From contig CAWJDT010000001.1 of assembly GCA_963841735.1 (NCBI GenBank), positions 64,001-128,000 on the forward strand: 64,000 bases of DNA, given 5' to 3'. Positions 1 through 18,166 of the stretch are shown in pieces. A program made the translations under genes and the position numbers. Each line of letters starts with the position of its first letter. Positions within the stretch are counted from its first letter, which is position 1. This DNA comes from an uncultured Actinomycetes bacterium (lineage in GTDB: Bacteria > Actinomycetota > Thermoleophilia > RBG-16-64-13). The notes under the pieces were generated by a model that was not told where the DNA came from, did no database searches, and was given only the letters and a program-made list of their open reading frames with translations.

Positions 1-127
1 AGGTCTCACAGGGGAGGTAGACCTCTTCGAGCGGCAGGCGGCGCTGGTCGATCATCACCACTACGCCATCCTGCCACTCCACGGTCCTGATGGGTCCTGT
101 ACCCTCCACCGGCGTGAGGTCCGCCAC
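1..127 (-). CDS. mtnA: S-methyl-5-thioribose-1-phosphate isomerase, N-terminal part (runs off the window)
   Basis: Hand translation from GTG at 127: MADLTPVEGTGPIRTVEWQDGVVVMIDQRRLPLEEVYLPCET. The 'IDQRxLP' motif is typical of the MtnA N-terminus. Not in the ORF track. Confidence 0.75.
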   Translation of the reverse strand, partial: MADLTPVEGTGPIRTVEWQDGVVVMIDQRRLPLEEVYLPCET

Positions 128-132
128 GTCGG

Positions 133-1378
<1,246 letters not shown>

Positions 1379-1392
<14 letters not shown>

Positions 1393-2024
1393 AGACTATC
1401 TCCTCTTCTTCAGATCCTGTCATCACTACTGCGGCGGCCACCCTCAAGCCCATGTGGGCGGCGACGATGACCACCGGCACCAACTCCTCGCTCACGGCGA
1501 GATAACCCGGAGCCCGCGCCACTTCGGCCTCATAGGGGGTCAAGCGGCCTTCGTCCCGCACCCCGGCCACCACTCCCGTCTCTACTATGATACCCCCGGC
1601 CGCGCCCGCCCGGTCCAAAACCGTCTCCGGCAGGTAGATGCCTGTCATGCTGGGAAATCGCGGACCCACCTTCTCATCGTTCGGGCCGGTCAACGGCGAG
1701 CGCCAGGTCAGGTTGACGTGATCGGACACCGCCACCACCCGAAGCGGCCCGCCCACCTCCCCAAAAGAGGCTGTCCCCCCGACCACCGCGGGTCTGATAT
1801 CTGACAGCCACGCTCCTCGACAAACGTAACCGACCACCGGCTCCTCACCGGCGAGCGCTTCCCTCATAAGAGCCACTTCGGCGGCGCTGAGAGGTCGCTT
1901 CAGAGTCCGAACGCCGGCCTCGGTGCAGAGAGACTATCGCTCCGCCGGCACCGGCCAAGGCCCGGGCGACAGACTCGGCACCGGCGCACTCCTGGGAGGC
2001 GCGGGGAGAAACGACCACCCTCAT
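1379..2024 (-). CDS. Degenerate purine nucleoside phosphorylase (PNP/MTAP-fold) protein, frameshifted near 1880
   Basis: SDHVNLTWRSPLTGPNDEKVGPRFPSM matches the PNP 'DHINL..NPLxGPN..GPRFP' motif. ATG at 2024 overlaps the LCP stop (ATGA). Catalytic motifs are eroded. Confidence 0.6.
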
Positions 2025-3837
2025 CCGACGGGGATGCGCACCATACAGCGGGCGATCGCCAGCATCTCTTCTTCGCTGAGCAAGTGAGAGAGGCTGTTTG
2101 AGACCCAATAGAGCACGTCGTCCGTTTTCCACCACACCCGCGCGACCTTCTCGCTGCTCCCCACCACGGTGAAGACGGTGCCGTCGTAGACGACCTGCCG
2201 CCCCGCGACGGCTGCGGGAGCCTCGAGCCAGGTGGTCTCGGTGATGCTCATGTATTGGTCGGTAGAGTCTCCGTCGTGGAAGAGACGGTACAACATGGTG
2301 AAGGCAGGCTGCGTGCCACCGCCAACCTGGATATCGTACGTGGCGCCCTCGTCCGGCCTCTTCTGAACGAAGAAGTAGCCTCGAGGGATATGGGAGGGCG
2401 CCATCACCGGATAGGGCACCATCTCGGCGATCGTCTTCCAACCACCGTAGCTGGAGACCTCCTCTGGGCTCAGACGAACAGCGTATTCGGGAGGTAGAGC
2501 AAAGTCGCCACCTAGGACGACGGTGATCCGCTCCAGCGACTTATTCCCGTCGACAGAACCCGCATACACCACCTGCGGCCACCCGCTCGGCATCTGCCGC
2601 CAGGCCCGAAGGGTACCGCACGGCGGTCTTGTCCGCCGGCTCCTCGGCAATGCCCGCTTCGACCACCGTCGCTCCGAGACTGGTGAGCCACTCCGCGGCC
2701 GCTGTAGCCTCCCCTCCCCGGCCGTTGGCCGAGAGCAGGTCGATCTGCAGCCCCTCAAGTTCCGGTTCGGCGATCGTGGTCGTGGTGGTCGCCTGCCCAG
2801 CAGCCGGTTCGCCCGTCGTGGCGGCCGCCCCGCCCCCGACCACTGGTGGGGTGAGCAATTCGCCCACGGCCTTCGCCAACGCCTCCTCGTCGAGAAGCAC
2901 GTAGGACGCCCCCGCGATGGTGGCCGTGTCACCGACCAAGGTCAGTTGCCGGATGCGGCTGCTGTCTAAACCAACAAGCCACCAGGCCAGCTTGATGAAG
3001 TCGTCGGCCACCAGATCGGTGGTGATATTCGAGAACAGAGCACGCACTAGGCCCGGCAACTTCAGGGTCAAATTCCATCCCACGGCCTGCTCCCGCAGCT
3101 CGCTCAGGAAGCGCTGCTGCCGCTCCATGCGCCCGAAGTCCATGTTGCGATCATGACGGAAGCGTACGTAGTCCAGGGCGTCTGCACCCCCCATGAGCTG
3201 ATAGCCCGGCAGCACATCTATCTGCTCCCAGAGGGGGTCCTGGTAGTAGTAGCGCCGGTCGACATCCACATAGACCCCGCCGAGCGCGTCGGTCATGTCT
3301 TTGAAGGCTTCGAAATCCACCTCCATGTAGTGATCGATGTCGACGCCGGTGACCTGCTCGACGGTTGTGATGCACAAAGCCGCCCCCTTGAACGAGTACG
3401 CGGCGTTGATCTTCTGCTTGCCATACCCCGGTACTTCCACCCGCAGATCTCGGGGCAGCGACAGCACCGACAGATAGTCGTTGTCGGGGTCGATATGCAC
3501 CACGATTATGGTGTCAGACCGGCCGTTCTCTCCCTCTTCCTCCGGCCGACGGTCCGTCCCAATCAAGAGGAGGTTCATGGCCGAAGGCGACTCGGGCGCC
3601 TCGGCATTCGAGGCCACCGAGGTGAGGGTGCTGCTGGGCTCGTTGGCTAGAACGGCCAGGACCTCTTCGGGCACCCGCTGGTTGGCCTCCGACACCTGGG
3701 CCTGAAACCAGAGGTAGAACCCCCCGGCCGTGGCCAACAAGGCTACCACTAGGCCAACGGAGACCCAAAGAACGATTCGCTTCCACCCTCCGCCGAACCG
3801 TCCTTCGACTTCGTAAGGGTATAGGAGTCCTTCTTCA
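2021..3837 (-). CDS. LCP (LytR-CpsA-Psr) family protein with LytR_C-like and extra C-terminal domain (frameshift ~2575; start uncertain)
   Basis: N-terminal TM helix; LLIGTDRR, RSDTI, SLPRD, KINAAY, YVRFRH, DFGRMERQQRF; Thr-rich linker; C-terminus lies in ORF 2021..2932. Confidence 0.85.
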
Positions 3838-5384
3838 GCGCGCAGCCCCGCTTGGTATCGCGACCATCGACTGAGCCACCTTGAGCAATTCGCTGGAGTG
3901 CAGAACGTACGAGAGGGTGTTGGACACCCAGTACAGCACTCCATCCTTCTTCCACCACACGTGGTCGATGCTTTGGCTCGTGCCCACCACGGTGTAGACG
4001 ATACCGTTGACCTCCACCTCACGGCCCGGGCTCGCCGCGGGCGCCTCCAGCCAAGTGGTCTGCATGATGCCCATGTACTGGTCTTTGGACTCTCCGTCTC
4101 GGGTCAGCTGATAGACCATCTTCAGCGCCTTCTCGACCTCGTTACCTACCACAAGGTCGTACGAAACCAGGCCCTGCCGGTAGTACAGGTCGACCAAGTC
4201 GTATCCCTTGGGTATATAGGCGGGACCCAACACTTGGAACGGTTCTATTGTAGCCAGCCCGTGCCAGATCTCGCTGTCGGGGATCTCATCGGGATCGGTG
4301 GTCCACCCCGTCCCCTCTCCCCGCTGGAAGGCGTGGTGCCGTCGCCGGCCCCTTCGTCGGTTGTCCCGGTAGAAGGTTCAGTGGCCACTGTGGTAGTCGC
4401 GGCCGCGGCAGTGGGCGGCGTCATGAAGTCGTCAACCGCCTCCTCCAAGGCTCCCTCGGCCGGGATCACGTAGTAGGTGTCACCTATGAGCTGGTTGGTG
4501 CAGTTGTTGAGAGCCACCTGGCGGATACGGCTGCCATCCAGCTTGGTCACCGCCCAGTAGACCAACGAGATAATGTCGTTGGTGTCCAGGCCACTGATCC
4601 CCACATTGTCGAACAAGGCGGCGACCAGACCGGGCAACTTGAAGGTGAGGTTCCAGCCCATGGCCTGCTCCCGAAGGGCGGTGAGGAACCGCTGCTGCCG
4701 CTCCATGCGCCCGAAGTCCAGGTTGCCGTCGATCCTGTAGCGTACGTAGTCAAGCGCGTCGCGCCCACTGAGCAACTGATACCCAGGCCGGAGATCGATG
4801 AATTCGTACTCGGGGTCGGTGTTGAAATAGTGTTTGTCGATGTCGACGTAGACTCCGCCGATCTCGTCGGTCAGATCGCGGAACGCCTGAAAGTCAACCT
4901 CCACGTAGTCGGTGATGTTGACATGGGTGAGATCCTTCACGGTCTCCACGGCCAAAGCGGCGCCCCCGTAAGTGTAGGCCGAGTTGAGCTTGTCAAGGCC
5001 GTGGCCCGGCACCTCCACGCGTAGGTCGCGCGGCAGGGAGAGGATGGACAGATAGTTCTGATCTGGGTCGACATGCACCAGCATCAAGCTGTCCGACCGG
5101 ATGTATTCCCCTTGGTTGGTGGGCCGCCGGTCGATACCCATGAGCAGGATATCCCTACCGGTCGGAGTTGCGATGGCGTTTTCGGGGATCGATGACAGCG
5201 CCGAATCCAGAGACGGGTCATCGAGCTGCGCACCACCGACCTTGCACGACAGCCACAGGTACGACCCACCCGCCACCACCGCGGCCACCAATAGCACACC
5301 GCTCAGCGCCAGCAGGAGCCCGCGCAAAACGCGGCGCTTCCGCAATCGCTGGCTTGTATAGGTGGTGTATGGTCTACCGCTCAC
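3835..5384 (-). CDS. LCP family protein, paralog of the adjacent gene (frameshift ~4290)
   Basis: TM helix; LLMGIDRR, RSDSL, SLPRD, KLNSAY, DFGRMERQQRF; C-terminal domain in ORF 3835..4233. Confidence 0.88.
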
Positions 5385-5453
5385 TTGTCCGTTCCCCTCG
5401 ACGGTGGAGAGATAGATTCTAGCCTGGGAAGGGGTCAGTAGCCAACGGATGGA

Positions 5454-6758
5454 CTAGTCGCAACAACCGGACCCCATGCTCACTCTCTCGATATCGGCGC
5501 CCAAACCCCGCAGCTTCTCCTCGAAGCGCTCGTATCCACGGTCGATATGGTAGATGTCCCGCAACTCGGTGCAACCTTCCGCAACCAGGCCGGCCAAGGC
5601 CAAAGCCGCGCCGGCCCTCAGGTCGGGACAGCGGACGATGGCCCCTGTCAACGACCGCCCTCCGGAGACAACTGCGTGATTCCCGTCCACTCGGATGTCT
5701 GCTCCCAACCTGATCAACTCGTCTACAAAGACGAAGCGGCTCTCGAAAACGTTCTCGGTGACCACCGAGACCCCTTCGGCGACCGAGAGCAGCACCATCA
5801 TCTGAGCCTGCAGGTCGGTGGCGAAGCCCGGATAGGGCAGAGTAACGACATCCACCGCCGTGAACGAACCCGGAACGCCACCTGCCTTGATACTACGAGT
5901 GTTCTCATGCACCTGAACGCCGACCGCCCGGATCTTCGAAAGAAAGATGTCCAGCACATGCGGACTGATGCCGGTGACCTCCACCTCGCCGCCGGTGAGA
6001 GCTCCCGCTATGAGGAAGGTGCCCGCTTCGATGCGATCGCCCAGCACCGTATGCTCGGCCGGGTGCATCGCGGTGACCCCGTGCACCTTCATGGTAGAGC
6101 TGCCTGCCCCCTCGATCTCGGCCCCCATGCTGATCAGGAACTTGCAGAGATCGACGATCTCCGGCTCGCGGGCCACGTTCTCAAGAGTGGTGGTGCCTTC
6201 GGCCATCACGGCAGCCATGAGCAGATTCTCTGTAGCGCCCACGCTCGGATAGTCCAGGAACATGTTGATGGCGTGCAGCTTGGAGGCGGTTACTTCGACG
6301 AAGCCGTGGTCGGAGCGCACCACCGCACCCATGTCGGTCATGCCCCGCAGATGGATGTCGATCTTGCGCGGCCCCAGGTTGCAGCCGCCGGGCATCGCCA
6401 CCTTGGCTACCCCAAAACGCGCCACCAAGGGGCCCATGATCTGGATGGACGCCCGCATACGCTGCACGAGTTCATATGGAGCCACGTGAGACTGCACCGC
6501 CGTGCTATCCACCGTCATGGTGCCACCGGCGAACTCCACCGCCGCCCCCAGGTACTCCAGCAACTCCTTCATGGTGCGGACGTCTTGGATATCGGGGACG
6601 TTGTGCAGCACGCACTTGCCAGGCGCCAAAAGCGACGCCGCCATGAGCTTGAGGGCCGAGTTCTTGGCGCCCGAGACGGCTACCTTTCCGGACAAGCGGC
6701 GCCCACCGCGTACCAACAGGCGTCCCTCGTCAGCCCCCACGACCGCCTCCGGCGTCAC
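5454..6758 (-). CDS. murA: UDP-N-acetylglucosamine 1-carboxyvinyltransferase
   Basis: [18 protein letters not shown] (active-site Cys retained), [34 protein letters not shown]. Confidence 0.97.
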   Translation of the reverse strand: MTPEAVVGADEGRLLVRGGRRLSGKVAVSGAKNSALKLMAASLLAPGKCVLHNVPDIQDVRTMKELLEYLGAAVEFAGGTMTVDSTAVQSHVAPYELVQRMRASIQIMGPLVARFGVAKVAMPGGCNLGPRKIDIHLRGMTDMGAVVRSDHGFVEVTASKLHAINMFLDYPSVGATENLLMAAVMAEGTTTLENVAREPEIVDLCKFLISMGAEIEGAGSSTMKVHGVTAMHPAEHTVLGDRIEAGTFLIAGALTGGEVEVTGISPHVLDIFLSKIRAVGVQVHENTRSIKAGGVPGSFTAVDVVTLPYPGFATDLQAQMMVLLSVAEGVSVVTENVFESRFVFVDELIRLGADIRVDGNHAVVSGGRSLTGAIVRCPDLRAGAALALAGLVAEGCTELRDIYHIDRGYERFEEKLRGLGADIERVSMGSGCCD

Positions 6759-7201
6759 TTATCGGGCCTCTCCGCCACTTTCAAACGGTTGTGGGCCCGC
6801 CGCAACGCGAGTTGCTCCCTGTAGGGATCGACATCCTCCCCTTCGGGGACGGTGCCGAGCCGGTGCATCTCAAGGCGCTGAGTGGCCCGCTCCACAGATT
6901 TCTGCACCCGGTCGACGTCGATCTGCGCTGCCTCTTCGGCCGCGTCGGCCAGAACGATCACCTCGTCGAACTGGATCTTTGCAAAACCTTCTGCCACAGC
7001 GAAATTCAGCCACTCCCCGCCGGCTTTGAGCACCCGCAACCGACCGATGCTCAACTGGGCGACCAGAGGAGCGTGACGGGGCAATATGCCCAACTCGCCC
7101 GATGTCGCTGGGAGCACGACCATCTCCACCTCGCCTTCGAACACCGGCCCTGAGGGTGCGACCAGCTCTAAGTGAAGAACGCGGCTCTCCTCTTGACTCA
7201 C
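6755..7201 (-). CDS. atpC: ATP synthase F1 epsilon subunit
   Basis: [12 protein letters not shown] motif; position after atpD. Confidence 0.95.
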   Translation of the reverse strand: MSQEESRVLHLELVAPSGPVFEGEVEMVVLPATSGELGILPRHAPLVAQLSIGRLRVLKAGGEWLNFAVAEGFAKIQFDEVIVLADAAEEAAQIDVDRVQKSVERATQRLEMHRLGTVPEGEDVDPYREQLALRRAHNRLKVAERPDK

Positions 7202-7217
7202 GACCTACCTCACTCGC

Positions 7218-8877
<1,660 letters not shown>

Positions 8878-8884
8878 TTGAGCT

Positions 8885-9776
<892 letters not shown>

Positions 9777-9782
9777 ACCGGG

Positions 9783-11289
<1,507 letters not shown>

Positions 11290-11306
<17 letters not shown>

Positions 11307-11863
11307 CTGAACCCTCCAAGCTAGCCATAGGGGTGATCAACAACTCGCGGAGCTTCTCCAGCCGGTGACGCACACTGGCATCGGCGACCCGGTCGCCCAT
11401 GCGCAGCCGCAGTCCACCGAGGATCTCCGGGTCTACGGTCAAAGTCAGTTCGACGGTCTTCTGCAGCGACGACTCGATCTTGGTCCGCAACGCCTCCTGC
11501 AGAGACGGGGTGAGGGCCACGGCGCTGACGACTTCCACGTGCACGAGACCCTTGGGCCTGCTCGACAAGCTCCACAAAGGCCCGATAGATGGCCGGCAGT
11601 TCGGTCTCCCGGTTCTTGTCCACCACGAGGCGCAGGAGATTCCTCATGAACTCGTCGCCGCCCTCGGTCAGCTCCAGCAAGACCTCGGTCTTGCGGGCAT
11701 CGGAGACCTCTTCGGCCACCAGAAGCTGACGGAGCTCAGTCGAGGTCTCCACCGCCTGGACGAACTCGCCCAGGTCGCGGCGCACCTGCTCCACCCGGCC
11801 CGCTTCCGCGGCGGCTTGGTAGAGCGCTGTCGCGTAGACTCTTGCGATCTTGCCTTCGCTCAC
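11290..11863 (-). CDS. atpH: ATP synthase F1 delta subunit (frameshift ~11555)
   Basis: ARVYATALY; [22 protein letters not shown]. Confidence 0.93.
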
Positions 11864-11896
11864 TGTGCTATCCCCGGCCTCTGGTCCCTCGTCCGC

Positions 11897-12404
11897 CTAG
11901 TTCTCGCTGACCTTGCTCAGGTCGATCTCGTTGATGGCCTCCTGGATGAGGCGCAGTTGATCCTTCTCCGACAGGCTCGTGCGGGCCACCTTCTCGGTGG
12001 CGGCCACGGTGAGGTCGGCCACCTCTTCGCGGATCTTCTGCAGGGCCTGGTTGGTGTCGCGCTCGATCTGCTGCCGGGCCTTGGCCAGAGCGGCCTCCGC
12101 CTGCACCCGAGCTTCCTCCAGCACCTCAGCCTTGGTGGACTCGCCCGCCTTGCGCGCCCGGTCGAGGATGGCTGCGCCTTCCTCCCGGGCTTCGGCCAAC
12201 TGCTGCTTGTAGTTGGCCAGCAACTCCTGGGCTTCGTCGCGCAGCTGCTCGGCGTCGTGGATGGACTGGCTGATGTCGTCCTGCCGGGCCTTCTGCAGCT
12301 TCACCAGCGGGCCGAACGCGAACTTGTACAGCAGCGCCTACCAGGATCACGAAGGTGATCGCCGACCAGATGAACAGCCCGGGATTGATCTCGAATATCT
12401 TCAT
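11897..12404 (-). CDS. atpF: ATP synthase Fo b subunit (frameshift ~12338)
   Basis: NPGLFIWSAITFVIL TM helix followed by a coiled coil; operon position. Confidence 0.93.
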
Positions 12405-12468
12405 GCTATTCCTATTGATCCTCTACTCGCGTGTGCGACGCGGCCTGCTGGACTACTCCGTGCGGCCC

Positions 12469-13526
<1,058 letters not shown>

Positions 13527-13535
13527 CAGTCTCTC

Positions 13536-13855
13536 CTACTTCGCGACGCCCGCGCCCGCCTCAGGCGGCGCGGTACGGCGCTTGGCAAAGACGTACAGGG
13601 AGTAACCCGTGAGCAGGGTGAACGCACCGATAAAGGCGATACACAACGCGAGGAAGTCGAGCGGCGCCCATAGGCCCAGCACCACCAAGATGACTGCGAT
13701 CAGGACCAGCCGAACAAGAAACCGCGAGAATCACAATGGAAGGTGTCAGGGTAGCCCGCCGCTTCGAGGCCCAACCCTGGAACCATGTAGACAGAAGGTG
13801 ATAGCCAACTGCCAGAACCAGTCCCACGACCACGGATATCAACGTCAGAGCCAGA
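13536..13855 (-). CDS. atpI: ATP synthase protein I-like membrane protein (frameshifted, start approximate)
   Basis: Several hydrophobic helices directly upstream of atpB; GGAGG near 13860. Confidence 0.6.
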
Positions 13856-13882
13856 ACATCCTCCCGATCAGTTGCGGCCTCG

Positions 13883-14166
13883 TCAAGACGAGCCCCTGCC
13901 AGTTCCCGCGCCTCCGTCTTCTGCGCCTCCGTCTTCGTGCTTATCACGGCTCCCACGGCTCGACGAGCCAGCGAACAGTATAGAACACCAAGTAGGCAAA
14001 GCCCAGGCCTGCGCCCACGAACACTCCGGCCACCATGACCCAGGGACCTGTGTGCAGCCACCGGTCCACCAGATATCCGAGGCCGGTAAAGACCAGCACC
14101 AAAGGCGACAAATGTGAAGGCCAGACTCCCTGCCTCAGGTGGCTCCTGCCGGGAGGACTTGCTCAT
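13883..14166 (-). CDS. AtpZ/AtpI-family small membrane protein (frameshifted)
   Basis: Reconstructed ...FTGLGYLVDRWLHTGPWVMVAGVFVGAGLG matches the 'GxxxDxxxxTxP' AtpZ pattern; first gene of the atp operon. Confidence 0.7.
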
Positions 14167-14181
14167 AGTCGCGCCCGCCGC

Positions 14182-14210
14182 ATTATAGACATTGCTCCCT
14201 CGAACCGCAA
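14182..14210 (-). promoter_or_regulatory. Sigma-A-type promoter of the atp operon
   Basis: TTGCGG-17 bp-TATAAT, 15 nt upstream of the ATG at 14166; very short leader with no SD. Confidence 0.65.
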
Positions 14211-14259
14211 GCGAAAATGGTATCTATTATTCAGCCAGTGTTCGCAAGCTTTTCTTTTT

Positions 14260-14735
14260 CTAGCCCATCCGCACCAGACGGGTCCCCGCTTCTTCGAACA
14301 TCTCCATGGACAGACTCATCAGGGTAGATCGCCCCGGAAATGCACCGCGACGATCCCGGCGTTGATCAGCGTCTTGGCGCAGGTCACGCACGGCTGGAGG
14401 GTGCAGTACACCTCGGCGCCGTTGACGGCCACCCCGTGATACGCCGCCTGGATGATGGCGTTCTGCTCGGCGTGCAGCCCCCGGCACAGCTCTTGCCGCT
14501 CGCCAGAGGGTATGCCCAGCCGGTCGCGCAGACAGCCGACTTCCTCGCAGTGGCGCATGCCTCTGGGCACGCCGTTGTAGCCGGTGGCGAGGATCTGCTT
14601 GTTCTTCACGAGCACGGCGCCCACAGATCTGCGCAGGCAGCTCGACCGGGTGGAGACCACCTCCGCGATCTCCATGAAGTACTCTTCCCAGCTGGGACGA
14701 GGCAGCCGTTCGGATGTCTCTCCCGCGCAGGCCAT
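14260..14735 (-). CDS. dCMP deaminase / ComEB-family zinc deaminase (frameshift ~14325)
   Basis: [37 protein letters not shown]; ATG overlaps the glyA stop (TGATG). Confidence 0.92.
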
Positions 14736-16018
14736 CAGTCGCCCAAACAGGAGTAGAGCGGGAAGGCCGCGGTGAGGGCCCGGCTGCGCTGCAGCAGACC
14801 GGCGAAGTCGGCGTCCGAGTGGGCGGAAGTCAGCGCCTCGACGATGATCCGGCCCACCTCCCGCATCTCTTCGGGCCCGAAGCCCCGGGTGGTCATGGCC
14901 GGTGTGCCCAGCCGCAGCCCCGAGGCGACCGTGGGGGGCCGCTCGTCGAACGGCACGCTGTTCTTGTTCGCGGTGATGCCCACCCGGTCGAGCAGTTCCT
15001 GGGCCAGCTTGCCCGTCATCTCGGTGCCGCTGAAGTCCACCAGCAGCAGATGGTTGTCGGTGCCGCCCGACACCAGCTTCAGACCCCCCTCCGACAAGGG
15101 TCTCCGCCAAGATCTTGGCGTTCTGGACGGTCGCGATCTGCTTCTGCTTGAACTCCTCGGTAGGCCGCCAGCAGGAAGCACACTGCCTTGCCCGCTATGA
15201 CGTGCTCGAGCGGCCCTCCCTGCAGGCCCGGGAACACGGCCTTGTCCAAGCTCCGCGCCGACTCGGCCCGGCAGAAGCAGGCGCCGCCCCGGGGCCCGGC
15301 CAGCGTCTTGTGGGTGGTGGTCGTGACCCACTGACTGTGCGGAAAGGGCGAAGGGTGGACACCGGCGGCCACCAGCCCGGCGATGTGGGCCATGTCGACC
15401 ATCAACTCCGCCCCCACCTCGTCGGCGATCGCCCGGAAAGCGGCGAAGTCGATGATGCGCGGATAGGCGCTGGCCCCGGCCACGATCAGCTTGGGCCTGT
15501 GCTTCAGAGCCTGAGCCCTCACCTCGTCCATATCGATGCGCCCGGTCTCCCGAGCCACGCCGTAGTGGACGAAGGCTGTAGCCCCGGCCCGAGAAATTGA
15601 CCGCGAGGCCGTGAGTGAGGTGACCGCCGTGGGCCAGGCTCATGGACAGCACGAGATCTCCAGGCTCGAGCAGGGCCCAGTAGACCGCTTGGTTAGCCGC
15701 GGACCCCGAGTGGGGCTGCACGTTGGCATGTTCGGCGCCGTAAAGAGCCTTGGCCCGCTCGATGGCCAGAGTCTCGACGTCGTCCACCACTTCGCAGCCG
15801 CCGTAGTAGCGACAGGCCGGATAGCCTTCGGCGTACTTGTTGGTGAGCACGCTCCCCACCGCCTCGAGCACCGGGACCGATGTGAAGTTCTCGGAGGCGA
15901 TCAACTCGATGTTGCGCCTCTGCCGGCCAAGCTCCTGCGTCAGCAGGCCGGCGATCTCGGGATCGACCTGCTCAAGAGGCAGGTCGGCATAGCTGGCCTG
16001 GTGGGAACACGTGCTCAC
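14735..16018 (-). CDS. glyA: Serine hydroxymethyltransferase (internal frameshifts)
   Basis: [52 protein letters not shown]; GTG at 16018 with GGAGG SD. Confidence 0.96.
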   Translation of the reverse strand: MSTCSHQASYADLPLEQVDPEIAGLLTQELGRQRRNIELIASENFTSVPVLEAVGSVLTNKYAEGYPACRYYGGCEVVDDVETLAIERAKALYGAEHANVQPHSGSAANQAVYWALLEPGDLVLSMSLAHGGHLTHGLAVNFSGRGYSLRPLRRGSGDRAHRYGRGEGSGSEAQAQADRGRGQRLSAHHRLRRFPGDRRRGGGGVDGRHGPHRRAGGRRCPPFALSAQSVGHDHHPQDAGRAPGRRLLLPGRVGAELGQGRVPGPAGRAARARHSGQGSVLPAGGLPRSSSRSRSRPSRTPRSWRRPLSEGGLKLVSGGTDNHLLLVDFSGTEMTGKLAQELLDRVGITANKNSVPFDERPPTVASGLRLGTPAMTTRGFGPEEMREVGRIIVEALTSAHSDADFAGLLQRSRALTAAFPLYSCLGD

Positions 16019-16068
16019 TCTGGATTGCCTCCTACCAACGTCGGAGCGATACGGCACCGCCGCTCGGC

Positions 16069-16522
16069 TCACTTGCGGAAAACACCCTTGTATCCCCCCC
16101 GCATCAATTCGAGCCGCTCGGCATACCGCCCGCCCTCGAACTCGGTCGCCAGCCAGGTCCTCAGCACCTCCGTCGCGGCTCCCGCGCCCAGCACCCGGGC
16201 CCCGAGGCAAAGGATATTGGCATCGTTGTGCGCCCGAGCCATGCGGGCCGAAAAGCAGTCGCTGAGCGAGACCGCCCTGACGCCTGGGTACCTGCCCGCC
16301 GCCAAAGCCATGCCCAATCCCGGTGCCGCACACCAGGACTCCCATGTCCAAGGTCCCCTCGCTCACGCCCTCCGCCACCTTGTTCGCGTAGAGGGGAAAG
16401 TCGGTGCGCTCGGTGCTGTCGGTGCCCATGTCGACGACCTCGTGACCGGCGGCCACCAGCTCTTTGACAAGCACCTCTTTCAGATCGAACCCGGCGTGAT
16501 CACAGCCAAACCCGTAGCGCAT
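16069..16522 (-). CDS. rpiB: Ribose-5-phosphate isomerase B (frameshift ~16315)
   Basis: GCDHAG, CGTGIG, ARAHNDANILCLGAR, FEGGR. Confidence 0.93.
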
Positions 16523-16614
16523 GATGACTCCTCCTCGAGAACCCGCCACAAGAATATCAGATGAGGTGTCGGCGCCCGCCGGCAGCCCGCCGGCGAGCCC
16601 TAAGCCACGAGCGC

Positions 16615-17238
16615 TCAGAGTGCGGCGATCCGTTCAAGCACTTCTCGGCCCTGCCACCGCCCCTTCTCTCAGGATCAAGGGCGCGCCTCCCGAGGCCAGA
16701 GGACGCAGATCGACCACCGTCGACGCCGCCCCCGCGACCTGCCCTCCAGGTGGCACCGGCAAAGGCCACCGAACAGTGCGCGAGCACGGCCGGGTCGACC
16801 TCCGCGAGGCCGGCTGCGTCCTTCTCGCCCGAGCGATTGGCGCTGGTGGCAGCGAGCGGCAGTCGCCAACGAGGCCATCAGACCGAGAAGCTCCGGCTGG
16901 TCCGGCACCCGTACCCCCAAGGAGTCGGCCGTTCCCACGAGAGCGGGGCGAGGCACCATGGTGGCCACCACGAACGTGAACGGCCCGGGCAGAAGCGCTT
17001 CCAACACTCTGGCCGCAGTGGGCTCCAGATCGGGCAGAGCCGCCTTGACTGCCTCCACCGAGGCGAACAGCACAGCCACGGGCTGCTCGGGAGGCCGGCC
17101 TTTGGCCGCGAACAGTGCCGCCACCCCCACCCGTGAGTCCCACCTGGCCGCCAAGCCGTACACCGTGTCGGTAGGCACACCGATGACCGCGCCCGCATCA
17201 AGCGCCCCGGCCAGCGCGGCCCTGTCCGCCGCGTCCAA
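16615..17238 (-). CDS. tsaC: L-threonylcarbamoyladenylate synthase (YrdC/Sua5 domain); frameshifted, possibly fused to PrmC
   Basis: PTDTVYGL, KGRP, PGPFT, GVRVP, ASTVVDL, ILREGA. Confidence 0.88.
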
Positions 17239-17269
17239 GTCTTCCGCGGCGCGGACGGCCGCCCCGGGA

Positions 17270-18153
17270 AGGGTCGCCCGCCACGATGCGGTCCTTCTGG
17301 GACATGTCCTTGTGCACCGCGACCGTGGAGAAACCGGCCTCCACGGCCAGTCCCGCGACCGCCTGCCGCCTGTCCGTCGCCCACTTCCAGAAGCAGACTG
17401 CCCCCGGGCCGGAGCGCCCGGGCGGCTTCCGGCAGGAGGCGCCGTATCACGTCCAGTCCATCAGGCCCGGCCTCCAGGGCCAACGTTCGGCTCGAACAGC
17501 CGGATGTCGGGCGCCAGTGAAGCCATGTCTCCCGAGGTGACGTACGGCGGGTTGCTTACCACCAGGTGCAGGCTGGCATCGGCCACCCCCGCGAGAAGAT
17601 CGCCCTGCTTCAGCTCGACCAGCGCTTCCACACCCACCGCTGCCGCGTTCCGGGCCGCGACGGCCAGCGCTTCAGGATCGACGTCGATGGCCAGCACCGA
17701 GTAGCCGCCCTCCTGGGCCAGACTCAAGGCGATGGCGCCGCTCCCGGTGCCCACATCGGCGATGAGACACGACCGGAGAGCCCTTCTCCCTCCAGGGCGG
17801 CCGCCTGCGCAGGAGGTCCAGCGCCGCTTCCACCAGTTCCTCGGTCTCCGGCCGGGGGATCAAGACCGCCGGCCGCACCTCCAGCTCGCAGGCGGCGAAA
17901 ATGGGCGCGGCCAAGGATGTAGGCCACAGGCTCGTGCGCGGCGCGGCGGGCGATGAGGGCCCGGTAGCTGTCCACCTCGCCGGCGGCCAGCGGACGGTCG
18001 AACTCGGTGTAGAGATGGATCGCGATCCAGCCCCAGGGTCTCGGCCAGCAGCAGCTCGGCGTCCAGCCGGGGCGAGGACGACCCCTTGCCGCGCAGATAG
18101 CCGGCGGCCGTCTCCAGCAGGGTGGCGATGGTCCACTGGTCCACCATGGTCAC
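17270..18153 (-). CDS. prmC: Release factor glutamine methyltransferase (several frameshifts; 3' end uncertain)
   Basis: PRLDAELLL, HEPVAYILG, VLIPRPETEELVE, GTGSGAIA, VSNPPY, GPDGLDVIRRL; follows prfA. Confidence 0.93.
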
Positions 18154-18166
18154 GCTGCGCGACCGG

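Noticed and set aside
13906-13936. GAAGACGGAGGCGC tandem duplicate
   Set aside because: Only two copies, inside a low-complexity coding tail (EDGGA x2); not an array.
14735-16549. Apparent 604-aa RpiB-GlyA fusion
   Set aside because: The RpiB C-terminus is in another frame with its own stop at 16069, and glyA has its own GGAGG and GTG at 16018. The fusion is an indel artefact.
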